Under the pieces are notes generated by a model that saw nothing but the letters and a program-made list of their open reading frames with translations, did no database searches and was not told the DNA's origin. A stretch of 64,000 nucleotides of DNA from an uncultured Spirochaetota bacterium. Lineage in GTDB: Bacteria > Spirochaetota > Spirochaetia > SZUA-6 > Fen-1364. Positions within the stretch are counted from its first letter, which is position 1. Every line of letters begins with the position of its first letter. The stretch lies in contig CAVUXE010000028.1 of the NCBI GenBank assembly GCA_963745235.1, positions 1 through 64,000 on the forward strand. The letters run 5' to 3'. The position numbers and the translations under genes are program-made. Positions 1 through 8,391 of this stretch are shown piece after piece.

Positions 1-1311
1 TTGAGTCGCGACATCGGTTACACATGAGTCGCGACATCGTGACACCTGTGATCAGCCGGTCTCCTGGGACCCCGGCCATCGGCCGGGGTCTCTTCTTTGG
101 TTGCGCCAGTAGCCCTTGCCAGGTTCGATGAGATGGCTCGAGAGGAGCTCACCGGTGTCGATGGCGACGACCGTGACCTCCCGCTCGTCGACGATAGCGA
201 GGACACGGCGGCGGGCATGGGCCGCGCCGACCTTGAGGTGGTGCAGGCGGCCGCCGCGCCGGAGGGTCATGGCGCCCTTGCCGTCGGTGACGTCGTAGCG
301 GAGGCGGAAGTGGCCCCGGCCCCAGGAGTCCGACGGCAGCGCCTTCGGTGTCGCCCGGTACGCTTCGCCGGGTGTCGCCCGGCCAACCGCACGGTGCGGC
401 CGCTGCTCGTTGTAGGCGAGGCGGAAGGCGTCGAGCTGCGTCTGAAGCTCGGCAAGGCCGATCGCTGCCGGCCGCTGCCCGAGCCACCGCTTGAGGGTCT
501 GGTGGAAGCGCTCGATCTTGCCCTGGGTCTGCGGGTGACCCGGCGAGCCGTTCTTCTGGCGGATGCCCAGGTAGGCGAGCAGGTACTCGAAGCCGTTGCG
601 GCCCCCGGTGAAACGGGACGTGTAGACCGCCCCGTTGTCGGTGAGCGTGGCGGCAGGCCAACCGTGGGCGTCGCCGGCCGCGGTGAACGTGGCCACCACG
701 TCGTCGCCGCTGACGCGCCGGAAGGCGGTGCAGGCCAGCAGGTAGCGGGAGTGGTCATCGAGCCAGCTGATGATCTCGACCTCGCTGCCGTCGGCGAGGT
801 GCCAGTGGGTGAAGTCGGACTGCCAGACCTCGTTCGGCGCGGCGGCCTCGAACCGGATCCAGGAGCTGCGCGGGCGCTTGTGCGGCTCGGGCACGACGAG
901 GCCGGCGGCCCCGAGGATGCGCCGGATGGTTGAGGTCGACGGAACGGGCAGGCCCTCGCGCTCGAGGTGCCAGCCGATTGTGGCGGGGCCTGCGTCCAGG
1001 CCTCGGGCGACAAGGTCGACCCGCAGTGCGGTGATCCGATCGCGGAGCGCGTCGGGCGTCCGGCCGGGACTGGTGCGCGGCCGGCGCGACCGCGGTTCGA
1101 GGCCATCGATACCGGCGTCGCGGTACCGGCGAAGGAGCCGGTGCAGGTGGCCGCGGCTTATGCCGGACTGGGCCGCCGCGGCGGTGACGGACAGCTGCGC
1201 TGAGACGACCTTGAGGACGGTCACCCGATACTTCGACATGCAGCGGACTGTCACGCATGTCCCGGCTCATCAGTAACCGATCAGGTGTCTCCTATGTCCT
1301 GGATTCAGACA
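1..1311 (-). mobile_element. IS481-family insertion sequence (left end starts about 4 bp before the window)
   Basis: The right end reads ...GTCCTGGATTCAGACA at 1311. The left end matches TGTCTTGAGTCGCGACATCGGTTACAC of the adjacent copy. Imperfect TGT...ACA terminal repeats flank a DDE transposase. Confidence 0.9.
52..1239 (-). CDS. IS481-family transposase (HTH + rve integrase core)
   Basis: Motifs PNEVWQSDFT, WLDDHSR, TDNG and HPQTQGKIERFHQTLK. Start taken at MSKYRV (alternative start 1254). Confidence 0.92.
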   Translation of the reverse strand: MSKYRVTVLKVVSAQLSVTAAAAQSGISRGHLHRLLRRYRDAGIDGLEPRSRRPRTSPGRTPDALRDRITALRVDLVARGLDAGPATIGWHLEREGLPVPSTSTIRRILGAAGLVVPEPHKRPRSSWIRFEAAAPNEVWQSDFTHWHLADGSEVEIISWLDDHSRYLLACTAFRRVSGDDVVATFTAAGDAHGWPAATLTDNGAVYTSRFTGGRNGFEYLLAYLGIRQKNGSPGHPQTQGKIERFHQTLKRWLGQRPAAIGLAELQTQLDAFRLAYNEQRPHRAVGRATPGEAYRATPKALPSDSWGRGHFRLRYDVTDGKGAMTLRRGGRLHHLKVGAAHARRRVLAIVDEREVTVVAIDTGELLSSHLIEPGKGYWRNQRRDPGRWPGSQETG

Positions 1312-1328
1312 CCTGTCGGGCGCGCTCT

Positions 1329-1744
1329 TGTCTTGAGTCGCGACATCGGTTACACATGAGTCGCGTCATGCGTGACACCTGTGATCAGCCGGTCTCCTGG
1401 GACCCCGGCCATCGGCCGGGGTCTCGTTGTTGGTTGCGCCAGTAGCCCTTGCCAGGTTCGATGAGATGGGTCGAGAGGATCTCGCCAGTGGCGAGATCGA
1501 CGACCGTGACCTCCCGCTCGTCGACGATGGCGAGGACACGGCGGCGGGCATGGGCCGCGCCGACCTTGAGCCGGTGCAGGTGGCCGCGGCTTATGCCGGA
1601 CTGGGCCGCCGCGGCGGTGACAGACAGCTGCGCTGAGACGACCTTGAGGACGGTCACCCGATACTTCGACATGCAGCGGACTGTCACGCATGTCCCGGCT
1701 CATCAGTAACCGATCAGGTGTCTCCTATGTCCTGGATTCAGACA
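1329..1744 (-). mobile_element. Non-autonomous IS481 internal-deletion derivative (MITE-like, 416 bp)
   Basis: Both IS ends are retained. About 900 bp of transposase core is deleted in frame, leaving the 100-aa ORF at 1385..1687. Confidence 0.88.
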
Positions 1745-1846
1745 CCTCCGGGCGCGCCACTTTTCCACGGGTTGCCCGAGCCCGATCCTCGCCGAGGCGT
1801 CAAACGCCTCCTTTTCTGAGTGGCTTCGCCGGCGACAGTCGATGTG

Positions 1847-1914
1847 TCAGATGCCCGGCCCCCCCTGCCGGCAGCGTCAGATGCTCGCCGCGACGCGATG
1901 TGAGTCTCAGATGC
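1847..1914 (+). repeat. Three TCAGATGC motifs at 30-bp spacing
   Basis: TCAGATGC starts at 1847, 1877 and 1907. Confidence 0.6.
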
Positions 1915-2240
1915 CCACGGCCCGGCGCTGCTTCTATCGGCCCGGCGCTAGTTCTGCGAGATTCATCGCGCCACAGGTGCCAGTCACCCCCGCCTGCGGA
2001 CGCCTCTTCGCCATCACCTGCGGCGACGGCGTCGACGCAGCATGGCTGCGAACGATCTTCGTCATCAAGGGCGGGTACTGATCTCGGCACGGACGCGACC
2101 GTAATCGAGATCCAAGGTAAAGTCGCCCGCCAGCGGACGGTGGCACCGCTTGGTGCCGCTCTGGTGGAAGCGCACAGGGCTCTCCTCGCGAGCCTGGCCG
2201 GTATCCCGGACTTCCCCGACCCAAAACGAGGTTGTTTCGA

Positions 2241-2405
2241 TCACCTCTTTGTCAGGAGGAGGAAGAGGGCGCCTGCAACCACGAGCACCGCGATTCCGGC
2301 GACAAAGACCCAGTTGCCCCACCACAGGTCCTTGTTGACCCGGCCGACCACGATGAGGATCGCGGAGACCACCGCCATCAGGGTCAAGAATGGATGAGAC
2401 TGCAC
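2241..2405 (-). CDS. Small two-helix membrane protein (54 aa)
   Basis: Manual translation VQSHPFLTLMAVVSAILIVVGRVNKDLWWGNWVFVAGIAVLVVAGALFLLLTKR; below the ORF-track length cutoff. Confidence 0.45.
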   Translation of the reverse strand: MQSHPFLTLMAVVSAILIVVGRVNKDLWWGNWVFVAGIAVLVVAGALFLLLTKR

Positions 2406-2465
2406 ACGAGACGGCATCTGATTTCCTCCGATCTGTCGGCCCGATGGGGCCTGAACGTGGTGGAC

Positions 2466-2720
2466 CTAGTTGCGAGCCTTCCCGCGGAACGCATCCATGA
2501 ACCGCACCCGGGCCCCGATGCGCATGGCTGCATTGGTATACATGCGGCCGGCCAGCCAGGTCAGGCCGCCGATGGATGCGACGGTCAGCGCTACCGCCAG
2601 GCCGACCTGCCAGAACGGCACGTCGCTGGCCGCCATCCGCACCGCCATGAGGATGGGGGCGAACGGCGGCAGCAACGAGCACACCGTGGCCAGGGGGCCG
2701 CTCGGATTCGGCAGCGCGGC
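2466..2720 (-). pseudogene. ABC-2 type permease, C-terminal fragment
   Basis: SLLPPFAPILMAVRMA...WLAGRMYTNAAMRIG is typical of ABC-2 permease C-termini. The 5' part is missing and the fragment abuts the DsrE gene stop. Confidence 0.65.
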
Positions 2721-2723
2721 GTA

Positions 2724-3080
2724 CTAGAAGGTCAGACAGGTCCAGCCCGACTTCAACATCTCGGTCAACGGCTGGCCCATGTAGATGACATCTATCCCCA
2801 GGGCCTCGAGCTGGTCGGACACGCCGTAGAGGTCGGCGCAGGCCCTGCAGGCCAGCAGTTCCACCCCCGCGGCCTTGAGATCGTCGAGTTCTGTCTGCAG
2901 TTCGCGGTCCGCGGCGAGCAAGGACGCCGAAGGGCCCCAAACAACCAGCCTCACCCGCCCCCACCAGTTCTGGAGCCGGCTGTTCTTGGTGTACATGAAC
3001 ACCATCTTCCGGGCCACTTCCGGATCCGCCGAGGTCCAGACCACTACCAGGCTATCGCCGGGGACCACACCGTTCACCAT
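2724..3080 (-). CDS. DsrE-family protein
   Basis: VVWTSADPEVA..MVFMY..N, WWGRVRLVVWGPS, ACRACAD. AGGAG RBS lies upstream of ATG 3080. Confidence 0.85.
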   Translation of the reverse strand: MVNGVVPGDSLVVVWTSADPEVARKMVFMYTKNSRLQNWWGRVRLVVWGPSASLLAADRELQTELDDLKAAGVELLACRACADLYGVSDQLEALGIDVIYMGQPLTEMLKSGWTCLTF

Positions 3081-3186
3081 GATCCTTCTCCTGCTCGACT
3101 CTTGGTTTCTTTGGCGAAGTCGGATCCTTCGAGTCCGCCCCCCAAGGGCGGTGGGCTCGGAGCGACGCGATCGCCAGCGGTGGCCC

Positions 3187-4088
3187 TCATCTTGTCGCAA
3201 GCACCACCGCGAAGACCAGGTAGCTGACGATGATGATCGAGCCTGCTCGACGGTTCAGCCCTCGTCCCCTGAGAGCCAGGGCAACGGACGCAGCTGTGAG
3301 GACCGCGTAGGACCCGGCCACGAACAGCGCATCTCCTGACGGACTGGCGAGGCCCAGGATCGCGCCCGGCACCAGGAGGCCGACGATCACGTTGAAGACG
3401 TTGCTGTTAAACGCCTCGCTCAGGGTGGCCGCCCTCGCCCCGCGAGGCGAGGTAGACCGCGGCCACGGCGTTGGGCAAGGCTGGTCACGCCGGCGAGGAT
3501 CGAGCCCGCCTACGACGATGGCCGACAGCCCATCTGCGAGCCGATGCTCGTGGCCGCCTGCTCCATGGCTACGCTGGCCGCGACAACGACAATTCCAGCG
3601 ACGAGCGCAACCAGCCGCATCCCGGCGATCACCCGGCTCGGGATCGGATGGCCACCGCCAGCTCCGCCTCCTCTTCGGCCAGGGCGCGCGCCAGCCACTC
3701 CGACCAACGTGCGGGCAGGTGCAGTCTCGCCCGGACGGCTGGATGTTGCGGCGCTGAAGCCACGTAGGGCACGAACGCGATCAGGGCCAGCAGCAGCCCG
3801 ATTGCAGGTGCGATCAGGCCCGGCGACGACGGCGAGGCTCAACCCAGCGCATCCAGAGCCCGACCGCGCCTTCGAGGAGGACCTCTCGTCGATGGAACCC
3901 GATGCGACCTGCGATGAGGGCGCTGAACCCCAGCAGCGCGGCCAGGTTGAAGACGTTGGAGCCAAGTGTCACCCCGATCCCGACCGTCCCGTGCCCACCG
4001 CGATGGCCGTGACCGAGGCTGTGATCTCCGGGCCATCGGCGGCGAGCGCGGCGATCAGCCCGAGAAGGGCCTCGGACATCGCCGAGCC
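3187..4088 (-). pseudogene. Na+/Ca2+ antiporter (CaCA family), frameshifted and 5'-truncated
   Basis: Alpha-repeat motifs AADGPEIT, GSNVFNL, SLPNA and NSNVFNV are spread over several frames. Confidence 0.75.
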
Positions 4089-5089
4089 CTTGCTTGTGAT
4101 AGTGAGAGGACGAGGGCCTGGACCTGTTTTCTCCGTTCAAGCGTTGTCTCGAGGAACCGCGCCGCACGCAAGAGCAACTTGTGGCCTGCGCTCGTGATGA
4201 AGAGCGATTGAAGGGCAATGCCACTATCGATTGCCGCGTCAACCTTATCCCACCGACGCATCGCGCTGTTGAGTCTTTGAAGAGGCACGCGAAGGCGCGC
4301 CTTTCTGTCTTCGTCCAGGCTCAAGAATCGTTTGTAGAAACCGGGAAACAGGGTGTACGCCTCATCCGGCCAATCATTACTCTGTGGCTTTGCCCGTTCG
4401 ATAGAGTACGAAATAGAGCTTCCCTCTGGCGGGATCCAGTCCGGTACCTCCCACCAAACGGAGGCTATTGCCGCTCCGCTTGGTCCCATCAAGCTCGCAC
4501 AGCTGACTATGTCCTGGAAGTCCTCGGGCAGCTTAAACGCAGGCACACGTCCCATTTCTTCCGGCTTGATTAGCTGCTTCCGCACAACTATTTCTCTCAC
4601 CAACGCGGCCGAAGGGGAGCGAAATTGGTCCATAGCGAGCAGCCTTGCCCTACCTTTCCCGGGACTTTCGGGCAATTGATCCCACGGCAGAAGGCTCGTG
4701 CCATCGTCCAGAACGCATGATCTCGAGAGCTTCAACCCTTCGATCGCGAATATCTGACGCGACAGAAACGTGGGCGCTTCGAGAAAGAGCTCGAGGTCGT
4801 GAATCGCACCTGCAATGCCCTTTGTCGTAGCGCCTCTGAGTAACCAGAAGGCGATCGTTGAATGATCGAAGACCCTGGAGCCTGCCCCAGGGGTGTGGAG
4901 CATATGCCCGTAGAGCTCTTGCACTTCGGGAGTGGCATCGATGCACGAAAGCAGAGGGAGTACCTTCGGCAATGGAGCGCCGCCGATCGCGGAACCGACT
5001 ACAATAGCGAGTTGGTAGGGCTCAAGCTTTTGAGGTTCAATAGTTTCTACGGCCGTTTTCAGACAAGTCGTCAGCGCTTCAAGTGGCAC
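4055..5089 (-). CDS. HEPN-like domain protein (ApeA/MAE_28990-like), C-terminus apparently truncated
   Basis: C-terminal RLNSAMRR..VDAAIDSGIALQSLF...LRAARFL...RKQV resembles HEPN helices. The expected RxxxxH is cut off at ~4088. RBS AAGGAG precedes GTG 5089. Confidence 0.55.
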   Translation of the reverse strand: MPLEALTTCLKTAVETIEPQKLEPYQLAIVVGSAIGGAPLPKVLPLLSCIDATPEVQELYGHMLHTPGAGSRVFDHSTIAFWLLRGATTKGIAGAIHDLELFLEAPTFLSRQIFAIEGLKLSRSCVLDDGTSLLPWDQLPESPGKGRARLLAMDQFRSPSAALVREIVVRKQLIKPEEMGRVPAFKLPEDFQDIVSCASLMGPSGAAIASVWWEVPDWIPPEGSSISYSIERAKPQSNDWPDEAYTLFPGFYKRFLSLDEDRKARLRVPLQRLNSAMRRWDKVDAAIDSGIALQSLFITSAGHKLLLRAARFLETTLERRKQVQALVLSLSQARARRCPRPFSG

Positions 5090-5216
5090 GACTGTCTCCT
5101 TCCCAGGCTCGCGAGAACCTGTTTCCTCCGGACTCCGCCGGCGACACGACGTCTCAGATGCGCCGCGTCCGGTGGCCAAAGCTGGCAGTATCCGAGAAGA
5201 TCACCCTATCCGCGCG

Positions 5217-5957
5217 TTAAAGCGCGAGCGCCGGAGTTGCAGAGGGCGCCGCTGGCATCTCGTCCCAGGTCCTTCCATGGAGCTCCCGGCCCGTTGCTTT
5301 CTTATTTACGCCACCCCACTGCTTGAAGAAGAAGGCGGTGCCGTGCTTTCTGCAAACCTTCTTGAGATCAGTGACCCAGCTCTTCTCCATTGGCCTGGCG
5401 CCAGGTCCTGATTCGCCCCCGATGATTGCCCATTGAATCCCAACAAGGGAGGTCGCCATCGGAATCGGAGAAAGCAGCGGCTCGAAGGAAATGAACCTGA
5501 CAGCAGCCGGGACCTTCCGCAGCGCTTCAATGCGATGGACGTAGCGGTAAGATTCCACGGTCGTTCCGATCCAGATATTCCTGCTCCACTCCAGCTCCTC
5601 GGCGAGTTTCAAGAGCTCGAACGGTCTCTTCGTGAGTACCTGGAAAGTATGCCAGCTCGCCGCGTTCATGGTCTTGAAGATGCGTTTCACCGCATCTCGA
5701 GGGATCGCCTCGTGAAACAGGTCGGACATCGAATTGACAAAGATAACCCGGGGCTCTCTCCATCTGAGCGGCACTTCAAAGAGATCCTCGTGGACCGTCA
5801 GCTTGAAGACGTTCTTATATCTTGGGTTTCCCATGGCATGGAGCCGCGCAGCAAGGCGCTCGGCATAGCAGTTGTCGCATCCGTGTGAAATACGGTCGCA
5901 CCCCGTCACCGGGTTCCATGTCGATTCGGTCCACTCAATGGTTGTTCGGCCGCTCAT
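5217..5957 (-). CDS. DUF5131 / phage Gp37-Gp68 family protein (three-Cys motif)
   Basis: IEWTESTWNPVTGCDRISHGCDNCYA, FVNSMSDLFH, LTKR, SFEPLL, GGESG, FFFKQWGG. Confidence 0.95.
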   Translation of the reverse strand: MSGRTTIEWTESTWNPVTGCDRISHGCDNCYAERLAARLHAMGNPRYKNVFKLTVHEDLFEVPLRWREPRVIFVNSMSDLFHEAIPRDAVKRIFKTMNAASWHTFQVLTKRPFELLKLAEELEWSRNIWIGTTVESYRYVHRIEALRKVPAAVRFISFEPLLSPIPMATSLVGIQWAIIGGESGPGARPMEKSWVTDLKKVCRKHGTAFFFKQWGGVNKKATGRELHGRTWDEMPAAPSATPALAL

Positions 5958-5997
5958 TCACTTCCTCAGCCAAAGTATAGCAATTGCAGAGGTTTTC

Positions 5998-7161
5998 TCA
6001 AACCTCAACGCCGACCCCCAGAAGAGGATCTGCTTTTTCTGAGAAGCGCCTGCCATAGTCGGAAGCGCCGATCCTCCCTTGCCTCCTCAGCTCTGATATC
6101 ACGCCGTGCATCTGTGACCGGGTCCAGATCTGCTCCCGAAGATCGCCATAAAGTGAGTGCCAGCGCCGCGGTTCCTTTCGCAGCTGAGACAGAACCCACT
6201 CTTCCAGGGGCCCCAGATCCGGCTCGTCTTCAATAAGCTGCAGCTGATGATGGTTCTCGGATTTCCTGGCAAAGAACCTATTTACCCCGCTTGCCAACGG
6301 GCATGCTTTCCAGAGCTGCTCTTTGATGAGATCCCTACCTGACTCGTGATTTGTGAGGTGCAAAAGGATGTACCGAATATTCAACCGGTCCCGCAGCATG
6401 AAGATGTGAGTTGCCCAGCGGGCGCCAATTCTCTCTCTCATGAGGTCGATGGTCCTGTCGGCTCGTTCATCGTCGGACTCAAGGTCACAGATCGGTTTCC
6501 AGCCGGGCCCGAGAAGAAGGTCGTCAATCTCCTTCTCCACGTGCGGCTGACCCTTGATGTGCATCCGCATGTCGAGCTCGCGCCACATCAGGGTGATGAA
6601 GAGCTCGACTTTCCTGTATGACATCAGTTCTTTCAGCATCGAACCGGGAATGGCGAAGTTGTAGGGGTCCACAAAGATGAAAGTTGGAGCCGGAGTAGCC
6701 TTCCGAGCGCGCAGATCTGAGAGCACTTCAGCAAGCACTTTGAAGCAGTTCTCGCGGAAGGGCTTGACCAGAACGTTCCTCGGGAGTGTGCCCAGTGCGG
6801 CGATTTCGTTCTTGAGCGCTTCGAAGTTGTGAGGATCGCGTTCGATGAGGTAGAAGACTACCTCGCAGTTCTCCAGAATCGAGTCCCTTCGATAATGCGA
6901 GAGCAGGGCGCGAATAGCAACCAAGGGCGAACCGGCCTCCCCAGTGTCATACTTGCCCCTGCCCGCATGCGTATCGAAGTACACGATCCTGCCGTGCGTG
7001 GATCCAAGGATGCTGAACCATCCGCTCAAGTAGAGACGGATCAGTTCGTGCTTTGTGCTCTGGAAATTCGAGTACTCCTCCCAGTGTTGGGGGTTCTTAT
7101 CCGCGTCCTCAGGATAACACTCCATGGTATCACTTTCCTCTTCGAGCTTTGGCTTGACCAC
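5998..7161 (-). CDS. tcmP: Three-Cys-motif partner protein TcmP (SAM-methyltransferase-like fold)
   Basis: KHELIRLYL..W, YFDTHAGRG.Y..GEAGSP, FIFVDPY; adjacent to a DUF5131 gene. Confidence 0.85.
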   Translation of the reverse strand: MVKPKLEEESDTMECYPEDADKNPQHWEEYSNFQSTKHELIRLYLSGWFSILGSTHGRIVYFDTHAGRGKYDTGEAGSPLVAIRALLSHYRRDSILENCEVVFYLIERDPHNFEALKNEIAALGTLPRNVLVKPFRENCFKVLAEVLSDLRARKATPAPTFIFVDPYNFAIPGSMLKELMSYRKVELFITLMWRELDMRMHIKGQPHVEKEIDDLLLGPGWKPICDLESDDERADRTIDLMRERIGARWATHIFMLRDRLNIRYILLHLTNHESGRDLIKEQLWKACPLASGVNRFFARKSENHHQLQLIEDEPDLGPLEEWVLSQLRKEPRRWHSLYGDLREQIWTRSQMHGVISELRRQGRIGASDYGRRFSEKADPLLGVGVEV

Positions 7162-7185
7162 CAGATCCCGGCATGTCGCGCACCG

Positions 7186-7611
7186 TCATCGAATGATGTC
7201 CGCGCAGCACGTGATGCACTTGGATGTCTCGAAAGCTGTCGAACTCTCAGGATATGCGTGGATCTTGTTGAGATCGGTAGAATAAACGACCTTGACCATA
7301 TGTTCTGGACGAATAATCCGACCCGCGCTCATGTAGAATCCAACGGGCTGGCCGGCGGCGAGAATGAGGTTCCTCTTGCCATCACGCTGAATCTCGACAG
7401 ATCCAGCGAGTCGAGCATCGATCATGTAGCTCAGATAGGTAGACGTCGCAGGGTCAGAGAATACAGATTTGTCCTCGCTCGTCGATAGAATTGTATGCTT
7501 CAGAAACTTTTCGACCTGGTAGCTGTTCATACCCACCAGGTTCAAGTTCGAATAGCCAGGGATGAGACTCAGCGAAGAGGCGCACGAATGACAGTAATAG
7601 TCGTTGGGCAT
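7186..7611 (-). CDS. Hypothetical protein with N- and C-terminal CxxC and a KIHAYP motif
   Basis: MPNDYYCHSC...VKVVYSTDLNKIHAYP...KCITC; same strand as, and 25 bp from, tcmP. Confidence 0.65.
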   Translation of the reverse strand: MPNDYYCHSCASSLSLIPGYSNLNLVGMNSYQVEKFLKHTILSTSEDKSVFSDPATSTYLSYMIDARLAGSVEIQRDGKRNLILAAGQPVGFYMSAGRIIRPEHMVKVVYSTDLNKIHAYPESSTAFETSKCITCCADIIR

Positions 7612-7621
7612 CTTTGCTTTA

Positions 7622-7868
7622 TCATTCCGCCGGCCGGATCTGTAGCATCTGGTAGTCGGCACATCGAATCTCGCAGTTTGGCAACGCGTCAGGCCCCCAC
7701 GTTGTCTTCCTGCAGGCCCGCCACCCGGCTCCGCGGTCGCCGTCCCTGAAGAGTCCATAGCAAGCGCATTGTGCAGCGCCCCTCGTGGCCATGCTTGTCA
7801 CTCGCGCACTCACAGACCGAGCCAGCCCTCGCCCAGGCCGCCCGGATCGTCGCCTCGGAGAAAGGCAG
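7622..7868 (-). pseudogene. Degenerate, frameshifted small HNH-like Cys-rich protein
   Basis: PFSEATIRAAWARAGSVCEC...HGHEGRC in one frame, then ...DALPNCEIRC in another. Confidence 0.4.
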
Positions 7869-7871
7869 TCG

Positions 7872-8039
7872 TCAGCCTTTCTTCGTCGGTCGCTTGAGGA
7901 CGACCTTGACCGGATTCCCGCCGACGGGTGGAACCTTGTCCCCCTTGCTCAGCGTGATCTCGGGCGTCTTCTTGCTCGGCGTCTTGTAGATTCCGCTCTG
8001 CACAATCACTTCGCCCGTCTTGAAAGTCTTCTTTGCCAT
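7872..8039 (-). CDS. YjzC-like small basic protein (55 aa)
   Basis: Manual translation MAKKTFKTGEVIVQSGIYKTPSKKTPEITLSKGDKVPPVGGNPVKVVLKRPTKKG; strong GGGAGG RBS. Confidence 0.6.
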   Translation of the reverse strand: MAKKTFKTGEVIVQSGIYKTPSKKTPEITLSKGDKVPPVGGNPVKVVLKRPTKKG

Positions 8040-8391
8040 AAGGCCTCCCTTACTTGGTGATCCCTGGAAAAATGAGATGATTTCTGAGAAGAACTGCCCG
8101 TTTCCTCATCTTTTTTGACATACCCTGAAATACTCAGTTGCGGCAAGTATATATCAATAGTAGATTTGGGTACATAGGCGGTATTGGGGTGGGGAATCGA
8201 AAACGGACTTAAAATCCCCGTCTGACGCTTCTTCATGACCAAGGTAGGTCAGCGACAAACTCTCCGCCTTCCGATGCTGCCTGGGATAATTTTGATTGAG
8301 CCAATTTCCTTTTCTGATATCTGCACTTCATGGGACGAGTATTTATTGTCAATTGCTTGATATTTCGCTTCTTCCATGATCTCTTATTTGT

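Noticed and set aside
1-50. Repeated TGAGTCGCGACATCG units resembling a CRISPR or tandem repeat
   Set aside because: They are subterminal repeats of the IS481 end, also present at 1329-1380; there are no spacers and no cas genes.
4055-8039. Integron cassette array
   Set aside because: The genes are co-oriented, but no attC (RYYYAAC...GTTRRRY) structures or integrase were recognised.
8060-8390. Possible oriT upstream of the relaxase
   Set aside because: The region is AT-rich and plausibly placed, but I found no convincing RP4-type YATCCTG nic site with an adjacent inverted repeat.
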